NCBI GenBank assembly: GCA_043228905.1
Contig: JBHGNT010000001.1
Span: 310,001-374,000, forward strand
Direction: 5' to 3'
From: Azolla caroliniana
Taxonomy: Eukaryota; Plantae; Polypodiophyta
Length of the DNA: 64,000 bases
Made by a program: the position numbers and the translations under genes. Shown here piece by piece: positions 36,268 to 48,700 of the stretch (its first letter is position 1; each line of letters begins with the position of its first letter). Under the pieces are notes generated by a model, which made no database searches, had not been told where the DNA came from, and was given only the letters and a program-made list of their open reading frames with translations.

Positions 36268-39200
36268 TGGTGTAGAATATCTCAATTCAGCTTCCTTCCT
36301 TCCACTTTGAGATATGTACATACATATACATACATATGTATCACTGTGTATGTGTGTATGTATGTATGTATGTATTGAATGTAGTAAGTATTTACTGCTC
36401 TAGAAACTCACTCACCTACCAATCCCTCTCTCTCTCTCGAGTCTCTCTCTCTCTCTGTGTCTGTCCCTTTTCACCTAACCCTCCCTCACATCCTTCCTTC
36501 TTCGGCTGGCCGGCGGTTCCATGCCCCGTGGTCGTGGTCGTTGTTGTCCCATACATACATACGTTTCTATCAAATCATCGGCCTCCACAACACCTCCCCT
36601 CCCCGTCTATCATTCTTGTAAAACTCAAACACCTTGAGATGAGAGGTTGCTTGTTACCCTCTCCCCATGTTGTTGTCAATATCCCTGTCCCCCATGCAAC
36701 GAACGATGGTGCTTTGCCACCTTCTTTTTTGCCTTTGTTACAATCATTGGTATCATCACACCAAGATCCCCCCCTTCCATCAAATTCCTATTCTTGAGCA
36801 ATGTGATATGAGATTGTTATCCTTGTCCATGTCCATGTCGTCGTCATTCATGGCTCCATGAAACAATCATCTTTCGCCACCTACTCTTTGTCCCACTAAA
36901 ATATCATTGGAATTACCTCACCAAATATCACTTGACTTGCATCCCATTTTCATGATGTAATTTGTGAAATTGTTAACGTATTCCTTTGCTAATCTCTCCT
37001 TGTCACAAAGGTGTTGTTTGCCCGACCATTTGTTCTTCAGGCATGTCAACACACCATTAGGTTGCCCCCAATCAAACTTTGTTCTTGAAACATAATCTAA
37101 ATGTTGTCATCATCATCATTGTTAATGCCTCCCATGTTGATAGGCTACATTCTTTCACCTAACATCATATAATGAGTTGTCGTTAGACAATCAATATCTT
37201 GTTGTCGTAATTTGAGTATTTTATTAACGTCCTCGTGAGTTGATAATGTTTTGCTATTGCTCCACCTATTAATCAACAAACTTAGGATGACCCTCCATTC
37301 TTTGCAATGTAAGTTATAGCAAGGTCACAACATTGGCCACTACAATTGCATTTGGGCATAGAGAGATGGAGCATGAATGAAATCGTGAAGAGTGTAAAAT
37401 GATTAAGTGTGTAGAATGAGTTCAGGGTTGCGTGTGCATATAGTTGTCGTTTTTTTATTACAAGTGAACAAATATGCAGCAAAGAGCTTAATGTAAATTC
37501 TTATTTGTTGCGTAGTGTTCTCATTCAAATGATAGAATATGCGATGCTACATGGGCTTATATATTCCGAAAGAATCAAACACTTAGTGGTCAATGTATAC
37601 ATACATATATAGATGTGAACATCATTGTTTTGGAAATTCAAGAAATCTCTTCTTCGTGGAAGAACGTCTATCAACACCAATATTTCACGTATTTCATCTA
37701 TTAAACACATGATTTTGTTCTAATTCCATTGAAGCCACATTTACAGAAGGCCTAAAAGGATGGGTCTGGTGAGGACATCATTTGTATTTGTTTGGAAGCT
37801 TTAGTGGATCAAAAAACATTAGAGATTAGCTTTAACCTATCCAATCAAGGTACACATGGACATTTTTCTTGCCGCCTCCACAAACTTTATTTCTAGAGGC
37901 CCCTTCTCACTACGTCTACAAACGACAAATGTAAGTTAACTCTTTCTCTTACTTTTTTCACTACATATTTGTTTTTCTACTTTTGCAATATATTTGAAAA
38001 ATGTGACCAATCAATCAATATCAATTGCGTATTTGTGATACCTCATTATAATCCAACGAGCAATAATATTACGTGGATTAACGGCCTATTATCGATAATG
38101 GTGTCGTGCCATAAGACTAATAAGACAATATATTTTATCAATGAATGAGAATATCCCAACTTATTGTATAGTGTTAGGTGGGATGGTTGCATGGTGCCAG
38201 ATTAAGTGTCACCATATACTTATGATGATGAAATTTGTCAATGAATGAACGTGCAATATGTTGTATAATATTAGGTGGCTTTGTGGCTTGGTGCCAATAC
38301 TTGTGCCACCATATTAATTAAAACTAGTTAGTTTGTAATGAGTGCATACGAATGATACAATATTTGTCACCTTATTGATTTTATGGGCATGTGAGGGCCA
38401 CTCATTTGTCTTCGAAAAAATGACATGAAACCATGTGAGTTCGAAAAATTCTCGACAGTTGGCATTTAGAAGAATATGCCCACTTGTTTAGGATAATTAA
38501 TATAGCAATAAAATTGTATACATGTTGCTTATTTAACGAGACAATAACTAGGTTTGCAATGTGTTTCATCCATTTTTATTCCTAATTACTGGTCAAACAA
38601 TAATAATGTTTTCAACAATCATTAGCCAAATAAGAATGATTGAATGAGGGCATTGTCACATACCATTCTTCTAGCATGACATATAAAAATGCATAACGTT
38701 CCAAAATAAAGAGCCTTGATTGACAGTATTTTTGGGGTTGTTAGAACTAGAAGAGTTATCTCTTGCGATGATAATGTTCTTCTATTGAGACATTACAATC
38801 AAAAGCTTGAAGCCTTTGTGCGTAAGAGGGGGAGGGACTAGCAAAATACCCATGAAAAGGAGACACATGGGAAAGCGATTTGATTCATAAAACATTATGT
38901 ACGCATTATTTTCAAAAGGAAGAATCTACAACATGTATGAAGCACAAGACACATGGAATTACACATGTACATACATATTGCTTCAAGGGCATACATATTG
39001 ATGGAGAATAGAGAGGCAAAAAGAAGACGATCGGAGGTCATATGAAGGAAGCACACATTAGATCCACGTTTATTTATTTATTTAGGGAAAATAAATATCA
39101 GTCACAATATGAGAAGCAAAACTCAAAAGAGAACTTCACCATAATGAAAAAAGTTAATATGAAAGCAAGTAGAACATGACTTGAAGGGAGTTGGCCACAC

Positions 39201-39729
39201 CCACCTTGGCAAAAAGGGTGTCATGTATATTGAGTTGCAATATTTAAAGTCATGCCTTTCACAATCTTAGAAGCATTGCCAACGACTTTGACAATCAACA
39301 ATTTTATCTTGTTTATGATGTACGTTACTGGAGAACATTTTTGTGTGCAAGTATGCACGTGTTAATTCCATGGCATTACCTTACCAACGATCCTTCTCAA
39401 CCTAAAATATACATCATTCAACCAATTCAGGTAAATAGACATTATGCACAAGGCACGAACAATGTGATGCATTTTCTTGTATTTGTGAACGTGACAATGA
39501 AATAAGCATTGCTTGTGCACATCAAGGAAATAGTTGTTCAACGAGATTAAACATAAAATGCATTTTTGAGTATGGTATTAGTAAAACATCGTGATTGTCT
39601 AGTGTAATGCGTAACATGATTATGAACTAACTTTGCGTTTCATGCACTAACATAGATAACATGTAGAAAGACCGTAATAATGATCACAACGACCACAAAA
39701 AAAGTATGCAATGTATGTGTTTTATTTTA

Positions 39730-40081
39730 GGGAAAAGTACCAGGATACCCCTGGAAGTTCGTCTATTTACCAAAATGCCCATGGAAGTTCCAAATTTACC
39801 AAACTACCCCTATGTCCAAAAAATTACACTTTATAAAGTAATTATACATTCAAATCTTTGGTAAAATTTTTTGGAAAAAAAATAAATAAATAATCTTTGG
39901 TAAATAGTGCTAGTTCAGGTCCATTTCTTCCATCTTTGGTAAATAGGGCTTGTAGATTTGAGTGTATAATTACTCTATAAAGTGTAATGTTTTGGACGTA
40001 GGGGTAGTTTGGTAAATTTGGAACTTCCAAGGGCATTCTGGTAAATAGACGAACTTCTAGGGGTATCCTGGTACTTTTCCC
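39730..40081. mobile_element. 352-bp Mutator-like MITE
   Basis: ~128-bp TIRs starting GGGAAAAGTACCAGGATACCCCT and ending AGGGGTATCCTGGTACTTTTCCC. Perfect 9-bp TSD TTTATTTTA (39721-39729 and 40082-40090). Confidence 0.92.
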
Positions 40082-40856
40082 TTTATTTTATTATCATACA
40101 TGATATTTAGAAGGGGCTATTCATTTTTAGGGAAACTAAGCATGTCTATATATGACATAAGTTATGCACAACAAACATTTTCATTGGACTGAAATAAAAA
40201 GCTCATTGTGCCTAGGATTTGAATCATAATGTAACTTTATGAAATTTTTGTGTGTTTCAAAGCAAAATTTGATTGTGCAGAAAACAAATGTTTTAGAGAA
40301 CATTTCGAGTTGTCAATTAATTATTTTAAACCAACAAGTGAGTAGTTGCTTGTTATGTACACATAATGTAGGTGAGGGTAGGTCACTAATTTTTACATAA
40401 GTGAAGGGTACATTCACGAATGTTAAAAAGGGACTAATGTGATTGGCTATTCTATGGGAACTTGTGGTATTGACGAGGTGTATAATGACTATCGATGCTA
40501 CTCTACTCTCTATTGAGCCATCTCTTGGCCGATTATATGGGATGTGGTTGCCTTGACGAGGCGCATGTCGACTACCCTAGGGTTTCTTACCTTAGGGCAT
40601 GCTTAATGATATACATACATCTATTTGCTTATTATCCTTCATATTTTCTAATTACACAATTGTCTTTCCACTTTCTTATGATTTTCTTGGAATTGTCATC
40701 TATCAATCCTCACTTAACTCTTTTTTTTTACCATTAATTTTTATGTTCATCTACACTATTTACGCGCGTTTCCCTATTGGGTCACGATTTTGTGTAGACT
40801 ATTTTTTCGTATTGAGTGGGCATCATGCCGCTTTTTAAAAAAAAATCCAAAGTGTC

Positions 40857-41408
40857 TAGGTTTACCTCATGTTATTGAGCCTTAGAACTCGATTAAAACC
40901 ACATGAGTTCCCCTATTGATGTTTTACTCATAGATAGTTTTGCGCACAACACAACTACCACTTGTATCAATTTGTGGCTTATGTCACAATTGTGCAAATT
41001 ACAATCACCTTATTGGTATGGATAATATGTGTATACCTCACACCATCCACTTATTTGTGGCCTTTTTTTAGTAGGCAACACATGTTAAAATTTTTTTTTT
41101 TCTTGTTTTCGTCACTTCTTGATTCTTATAGATAGGTTTACCTCATGTTATTAAGCCTTAGAACTCGATTAAAACCACATGACTTCCCCTATCGATGTTT
41201 CACTCATAGATAGTTTTGCGCACAACACAACCACCACTTGTATCAATTTGTGGCTTATGTCACAATTGTGCAAATACAATCACCATATTGGGATGGATAA
41301 TATGTGTATACCTCACACCATCCACTTATTTGTGGCATTTTTTTTAGTAGGCAACGCATGTTTTAAATTTTTTTGTTTTGTTTTCGTCCTTTTTGATTCT
41401 TATAGATA
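40857..41408. repeat. 276-bp tandem duplication inside the candidate gypsy LTR
   Basis: TAGGTTTACCTCATGTTATT(G/A)AGCCTTAGAACTCGATTAAAACCACATGA starts at 40857 and again at 41133. Confidence 0.92.
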
Positions 41409-42426
41409 GTGACCCATTTTTATCTTTTTTTCATAACATTTGCTTGTTACTCGCAAGACTAGAATACTACTTGCGAGTGCACTTGTTTTTGCACGTAATA
41501 CACTTTCTCGGCCATATTAGTACATGTTGGGTTGACATTTTAATATAAGGCTACCTAGGAAATTACGTTGATGCTAGAACCATGGTTGAGCCTTAGGGAG
41601 CCGCCATGATTATTCAAGACACACATTCGAGAGAGACATCTTAGCTATGTTTTCCCCCATGGTTTTTAAAACACCATAGTGTTACCATAGTTATCGGATC
41701 TCGAATCACATCTCATATGTCTAGAGGGGTAAAGGCGTGAGATGTTTTCTTGGACAACGTTCTTCCAATCCAACTTTCAAGCATTCATGTGGCTTGCATA
41801 TTTTCTGAACCTCCTTATTTATATTGGATACAAACAACATGCATAATGGAACAAGTTTTGAACATTATTGGAGCGATATCTCTGACCGATACCTCTCAAC
41901 TCCAATCCGCATCTCGCACACAAGCTGCGATCACTATTGAGCAATTGCGCACTACTACCTTAAATCAATTGGCTGAAATGTGGTAAGCCAATATGGCTTT
42001 GGAAAAGAAATTCCAATAATTGACTATTGAGTCCAAGAAAGAAGGCGAACCTTCTTTTATAGTCACAATCGTCATTCAAGGGAGATAAGAAAGAAAGAAC
42101 CGAGGAGGCCATTAACATTTGGCTTGGTCGTTGGGAGTCTCACTTTGAGCACCATCCCATTGAGCCAGATGTTGTAAAAATTGGTTATGTCAGTCGTCAG
42201 TTAGGTGGTTGAACTGTTGCTTGGTGGCATGGCCTAAGGATTGCAAAGAACTTACCCACAACTTCGGAAGGTTTCGTCAACGTTTTCAAGAAAGAATTAT
42301 TGTAGCCACCTTCTTAAACCAAACAAGTGCAACACTTGATCACGTTGTCGAGTAAGCCATTTACCTCTCTCGAGGTTATGTGCATCATGCTCGAACCCAG
42401 ATCCAAAAATCAGGACTTACGGGTAA

Positions 42427-42998
42427 TGTGGGGAATCTATGTATCGATGGAGCTAGCTCCTCGATGTCGTTTGCGGAGTTCGAACCGGTGTATACCCTTT
42501 TGATGGCGAATCGGGCGGAGATGGTTGTCGGACACCTCCGAGCCTCACACTCCCTTAACGATTAATGGATGATTAAGCACAATATCTCTCTCACTCTCTC
42601 AAGCTCACTCTCACAGACAATAGGGTAATGAATATAGACGACAAGAGTAATGAATATGTTTATTAAGCCTCTTAGCTAAGAGGTCTAGCACCAACAAGGA
42701 AGAGAGATTAGTGTTCTCTAACTAAACACTTCACTAATCTCTCTTAAGCTCAATGGTTACAAGAAGGAGGAGAGGAAACTCTAGCTCTTAATCAATAAGG
42801 AGATCTTTACAAAATGGGAGAACCCTTACAAAGCCACTACTATGTGGTTTATATAGCATTCACGTTTAGGGTATGGGACTTTCACACTTGGGCGCCTCTT
42901 TGCTTCTTTTCCTCTTCGTAGATCCTTCAACACATACTACGTCCTTGTTGATGCGCTCTTATTCCTGACTGGTTGTGTTGTTAACCAAGCTCTTAACA
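42427..42998. mobile_element. Solo LTR (572 bp) inserted in the gypsy gag
   Basis: TG...CA termini and 5-bp TSD GGTAA. Removing it rejoins the gag frame ...KSGLTG-KKWFVACFLNG. Confidence 0.8.
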
Positions 42999-43563
42999 GG
43001 TAAGAAATGGTTTGTTGCTTGTTTTTTGAATGGTATTCCCAATGGGGATTACCATTGGATTGTCCATGACGAGGACCCCACAACTTTTGAGGAAGCACTC
43101 AACATTGTACTTCGGTACCATAGGACTTCCAAGAAAGACCACAATAAAACTGAGTTCGCCAAAACTTTGAATATCAAGTTCATTGGGAAATGTAAGCAAT
43201 CTAGTGACACTCTTGACCGCGGGCCAAAGAAACAAACCCTCTTTTGTGCGTATGGCAAGAAGCGGGGCCACATAAAGGATACTTGTCATTGTCTTGAGAG
43301 GAAGTCAACAAACACCTTGTTGAATACGGGTCTCTAATGGCCGTATTCACAATGTCCCTTTGGACAGTCTAGGTTTGGGACATCTTTGTAAATATGTCAA
43401 AGGGCAGTTGCCCTAGTCCAGTTAGTATATAACGGGCTTTGTAACATAGTTCAAAAAGTTGTTGTTCATCTTGGTTAATGCCACCATTCATTTGTAACTT
43501 TGAGCTTGAATAATACAATTACATATTGTGTGCCTCTTTGACTCTCTCTCTCTCTCTCTCTCT

Positions 43564-44217
43564 TTTCGCAAATCAATGTTTGTTATTAAAACAAGATGAT
43601 ATTACAACCCTTGCTATCTTCACCACTTCATAAATAGTGATAGTGCAAGGGAAACCCTCTCAAGTGTTGTAAAACTTGATGACATAAGTCTATCTCCTCT
43701 AGGGACAACGCCCCCATACAACATAGCTGTGAAAATTGCCAAATCAATTTCCCTTTCATCCTACGAAGTTGTTGTATTATCCCATGAAGTCCATCAAACA
43801 AGAACTCATTTCTCATGGTCCAATTAAACCACATCGCCCAATATCTAAGGTAATAAAAAACAACCTTATACGATGATGTGGGCATAACTTTATCCTCATC
43901 CATAAAAACCTATTTATAAGGTGACAAAATATTTCTTATTATCGATACCGAAATTTGTGACATAATCACCCAAATGGCTTTAGCAACTGAACATGTAATG
44001 AACCTATGTATGGCATCTTCTTCAACCACCGTACAGAAAAAACATGTCCCATTCGAAATATGTCTTCGTTTTAAGGACATCGCCAAAGGCAACCCACCAA
44101 CAATCACACGCCAAAGAAACACCTTAACACGAAACGGAAGATGAACCTATGTCTGGCATCTTCTTCAACCACCATACAGAAAAAACATGTCCCATTCGAA
44201 ATATGTCTTCGTTTTAA
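43564..44217 (-). mobile_element. 5'-truncated LINE (L1/Tx1-like ORF2 C-terminus, zf-RVT) inserted in the copia 5' LTR
   Basis: FLWRVIVGGLPLAMSLKRRHISNGTCFFCTVVEEDAIHRFITCSVAKAIW and WAMWFNWTMRNEFLFDG. Absent from the 3' LTR and flanked on both sides by (CT)n. Confidence 0.85.
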
Positions 44218-44826
44218 TCTCTCTCTCTCTCTCATTCTGTTCTTTGACCTTTCCTTTTCTTGTGCACTTGGTGATCTTCATCTCAAGGTGTTGTTGATTT
44301 TTCCACATTGACGGTCTCAGTTCCCAACATCTAGTATCAGAGCCAGGTTCTTCAACTCGCTGCCAGCCGTCATCAGTCTTCAACAATATTCTTGCTTCGT
44401 CTCCCTTGAAGAACCTGAGTTCAAGATCTCATATGGAGAAGAGAAAGAAAACTGAAGATTGGCACTTTGCTTCGCTAGATCACTCTTAAAGTAACTTGCC
44501 TCTGTGATTGGAGCCACTAGGACTGGAATCTCCATCAAATTGGCCTTCGAGATCATGCTTTACCAGGTTAGACACAATCTATTTGCATGTCATAATCACA
44601 ACCCCCATTCGTGCCTCATTCGACTAGACAACATTCGGGAGGACAGTCGGCTCCGTCCCTCTCATCATCGTAGTCATTCGAAACAGGATTGGCCTGGATA
44701 ATTAGCATATAATATGTGATTTGTATTTTCTTGAAATTGACATTCGAAATCCAATTGGCTAATTGGCACGTTCATGTCCAATTCGGCTAAGTCAATTGAC
44801 TGTAATCACTTCAGACAGAATTCGCC

Positions 44827-45705
44827 AATAAGTCGGAATCTGATTCGACTTGTGTTCGAATATGACTAGAACAATATCGGGTGAGTCAGTCGGCTGCATC
44901 CAACCACCGTTTGCAGTCAACTCCGAACAAATTCTAACAGGTCAACATTGATGACATCAACATTCGGCTCATCAGAGATGAGTCTAAGGAAGTTCGACGG
45001 ATCGAACTTCATCTTCTGGAAGGAGCAGATGCAAGACTATCTAATAGTCACGGGTCAGATAGATCAAGTCGAGAATGAAAACCCTCTAGAAGAAATCAAT
45101 TCGAATGAGTGGACGAAACAATAAGTCGGAATCCGATTCGACTTGTGTTCGAATCTAACTAGAACAATATCGGGTGAGTCAGTCGGCTGCATCCCACCAC
45201 CGTTTGCAGTCAACTCTGAACAAATTCTAACAAGTCAACACTGATGACATCAACATCCGGCTCATCAGAGATGAGTCTAAGGAAGTTCGACGGATCGAAC
45301 TTCAACTTCTTGAAGGAGCAGATGAAAGACTATCTAATAGTCACGGGTCAGATAGATCAAGTCGAGAACGAAAACCCTCTAGAAGAAATCAAGTCGAATG
45401 AGTGGACGAAACAATAAGTCGGAATCCGATTCGACTTGTGTTCGAATCTAACTAGAACAATATCAGGTGAGTCAGTCGGCTGCATCCCACCACCGTTTGC
45501 AGTCAACTCTGAACAAATTCTAACAAGTCAACACTGATGACATCAACATCTGGCTCATCAGAGATGAGTCTAAGGAAGTTCGACGGACCGAACTTCAACT
45601 TCTTGAAGGAGTAGATGAAAGACTATCTAATAGTCACGGGTTAGATAGATCAAGTCGAGAACGAAAACCCTCTAGAAGAAATCAAGTCTAATGAGTGGAC
45701 GAAAC
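44827..45705. repeat. Three 293-bp tandem copies of the copia leader/gag-start region
   Basis: AATAAGTCGGAATC...GAGTGGACGAAAC units start at 44827, 45120 and 45413. Confidence 0.92.
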
Positions 45706-48700
45706 TTGATAGAATTGTTCGAGCCAACATTCGGATGCACCTGTCGAAGTCAGTGTACTTCACAGTGCAATCATGTTCGACAACCTTTCAACTATGGAAG
45801 ACATTGTCAGACACTTATGAGAAGAAGGTCGCCGCCACAAAGATATATTTGATTCGGCGCCTCTAAAACCTGCGGATGAAAGAATCCGACTTAGTCTAGG
45901 CACACCTGAAAGAGTACGAAAGTTTAAGCTCCCAGATTTCGGCTCAGGGGACGACAATCGAAGATGAACTAAAAGTAATATTGCTCATGAGTAGTCTCCC
46001 CCCTTCGCGGGAAACTTTCGTCACAACCGTGTGCAAAATGCTTCTACCGCTGTGAAGTACTCCGAAGTTACGAGCGCAATACTGACTGAAGCAGCTTGGA
46101 GGAAATTGTTTGCAAAAGATTCGGCAGATGAAGCTTATGTAGTAGAAGGTTCGGCCGACTGACCGAATAGTTGAGGAAGTTCTTCCCGATAGCCGAATAA
46201 TCAGTGAAGTTGGAGCAAGTCCCGAGAAAATCAAATCTGCAACTATTGCAAGAAACTCGGGCACATCAAAGCTGATAGCCGAACACTCAAAGCTAAGAAT
46301 GATAAAGCTCAACGAGCTGATTAGAAAAGTGGCTGGCATGAGGAGGTCAATTACGTCGACTCCTTAGCCGAAGTATTGTCGAATGAATCGAACATACTAT
46401 CCATTGAAAATCCAGTCAAATAAGAAGTTTTGCTTATGACTGACAAATCGAGCACATGGCTCTTGCATTTGGGTGCGTCCTACCATGTGACCCCTCACAA
46501 ATCCCAGTTTCGGCAATATTCGGCCTGACACTCCGACTCAGTACGAGTCGGGCTTTCGTAGGATTGCGTTATTATCGAAATCGACACTGTAGAGGTCAAT
46601 CTCCCATGTAGTTCTACATTAGTACTACACAATGTTTGACATATACCTGAACTCTCAAGTCCTTTGATCTCAGTTAGACAATTGGACGAAGATGGCATCC
46701 GTGCTACCTTCTCATCAGGAGGGTGGACACTCCACAGGGGGAACCTCCTGCTCGAGGACCGAAAGTACATTCTCTGTACTTGTTATATGTCACACTAAGA
46801 GAGGGTAGGGTGACTTGTTCCTGGTTGATATTCTTGTGTCATCATTATGGCATGGACGACTCGGACACCTCAGCAAGGCTGACATCACACATTTATCCAG
46901 CTGGATATATCCCCAAACTCTCGTTCTCGGATCACCAATTTTGCGAGCATTGTTAGTATGGCAAGCATGCCACAACCTCACACACGATGACATCGCCAAG
47001 AGAATCAAGTCCACTTGATTTAGTCCATTCGGATGTGTATGGCCCGATGCCACATTTGTTCGTTGGTGGAGCTTCATAGTTTCATTGACGACACAACTTG
47101 GAAGATGTGGGCTTACCCGATGAGAACCAACGATCGGGTGTTCCGGTCCTTTCCGAATGGCTCGCAATGGTAGAGAATTAGTCCAGTCGAAAGCTCAAAT
47201 GCCTTTGGACCGACAATGGAGGAGAGTTCAAGTCTGAAGAATTCGTCAAATTTTGCCGACAGCATGACATTCGACAACGAATACATGACACCCTATAGTT
47301 AGGAGTAGAACGGAATTGTTGAGCGCATGAATAAGACAATTCAAGAACGGATAGTCTCCATGCTCCAACACTCTGGACTGTCAGATGGCTTTTGGGTAGA
47401 GGCCCTACTTACGGCAATACACTTATTCAACATGTCGCCGAGTAGGCCTCGAGGACTTCGAACACCTCTGGAATTATGGACCGACAGCAAGCTGAATTAC
47501 GACAAGTTGAGGATTTTCGGATGCGAGGCATACGCCCTCATACTGAAAGACGACCGCCACAAATTAGAACCGAGGTCCAGGAAATGTATTTTCCTTGGCT
47601 ATGGACTAGACGACGAGATCAAATACTGACTCTAGGACCCCGACCACAGATAGACCGTCCGAAGTTCGAATGTTGTGTTTAATGATTCGGCTATACAAAG
47701 ACGGCCGAAAGGCCAATTGAAGTCCGAATGGTTACTTTTTCAAATGTTCCAACCCTTCATGAAGGCCCAACCCATAACATGAGGTCGGCTTCACGGGTAG
47801 CCGAATTCTCTAGCATTGACTCGGCACAACCGAATGATTTGGTTTTGGACCATTTGACTCCGACACCCGACGCGACTAGTCCAGTCATACCTCGACGATA
47901 CGAGAGATTGACGCAACCCTCAGAGAGGTACTCTCCTGGAGTCTTCTTCACGGACGTCGGCGAACCAACGTCATACGAAGAAGCATCAACGTCAACCGAT
48001 TCAGCCACATGGCATCTGGAGATGGAGTCGGAAATACATTCCATTCGGGCAAACAAGACTTGGACTTGTTCGAACTATAGAAAAATTGGTGTGCACTTCC
48101 GTGCAAGTGGGTCTACAGATTAGAAGAGACGTCTGATTTGACCACTCCAAAATTCAAGGCTATACTAGTAGCAAAGGGTTTCTGACAGGAATATGGCGTC
48201 GACTTCAACGAAATCTTTTCACCAGTAGTGAAAAGGACCACCATTCGATTCCTACGTGGAGTAGTGGCAACTAAGGACTTGGAGCTATATGGAACAACCG
48301 AAAGGCTTCGTGCTATCCGGCCAGGAACGTCTAGTTTAACGACTCATGAAGGGCCTATACGGCTTGAAACAAGCACCGAGACAATGGTATAAGAAGTTTG
48401 ACGACTTCATCCAATCGGACGGCTTCTCAAAGAGCGATGAGGACCACCACCTCTTCACCAAAACAACTCAAGATGTGTCTCCCATCTTCCTCATTATCTA
48501 CATGGACGACATGCTACTTTGTGGTCGCCATGTCGGAGAACTCGCCAAACATGTTCATAAATTGCGGTTGAAGTTTGTCATGAAGGACATCGGTTGGGCA
48601 AGACACATTCTCGAGATGAAGATAAGTCGGAATCGAAATCGACGACGACTGTTTTTGTCTCAATCCAATTATATTGGACGTGTCTTGGAACGCTTCAACA

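Noticed and set aside
36103-36861. ORFs of 64-153 aa upstream of the TOG gene
   Set aside because: Composed of microsatellite and low-complexity sequence with no splice or domain support.
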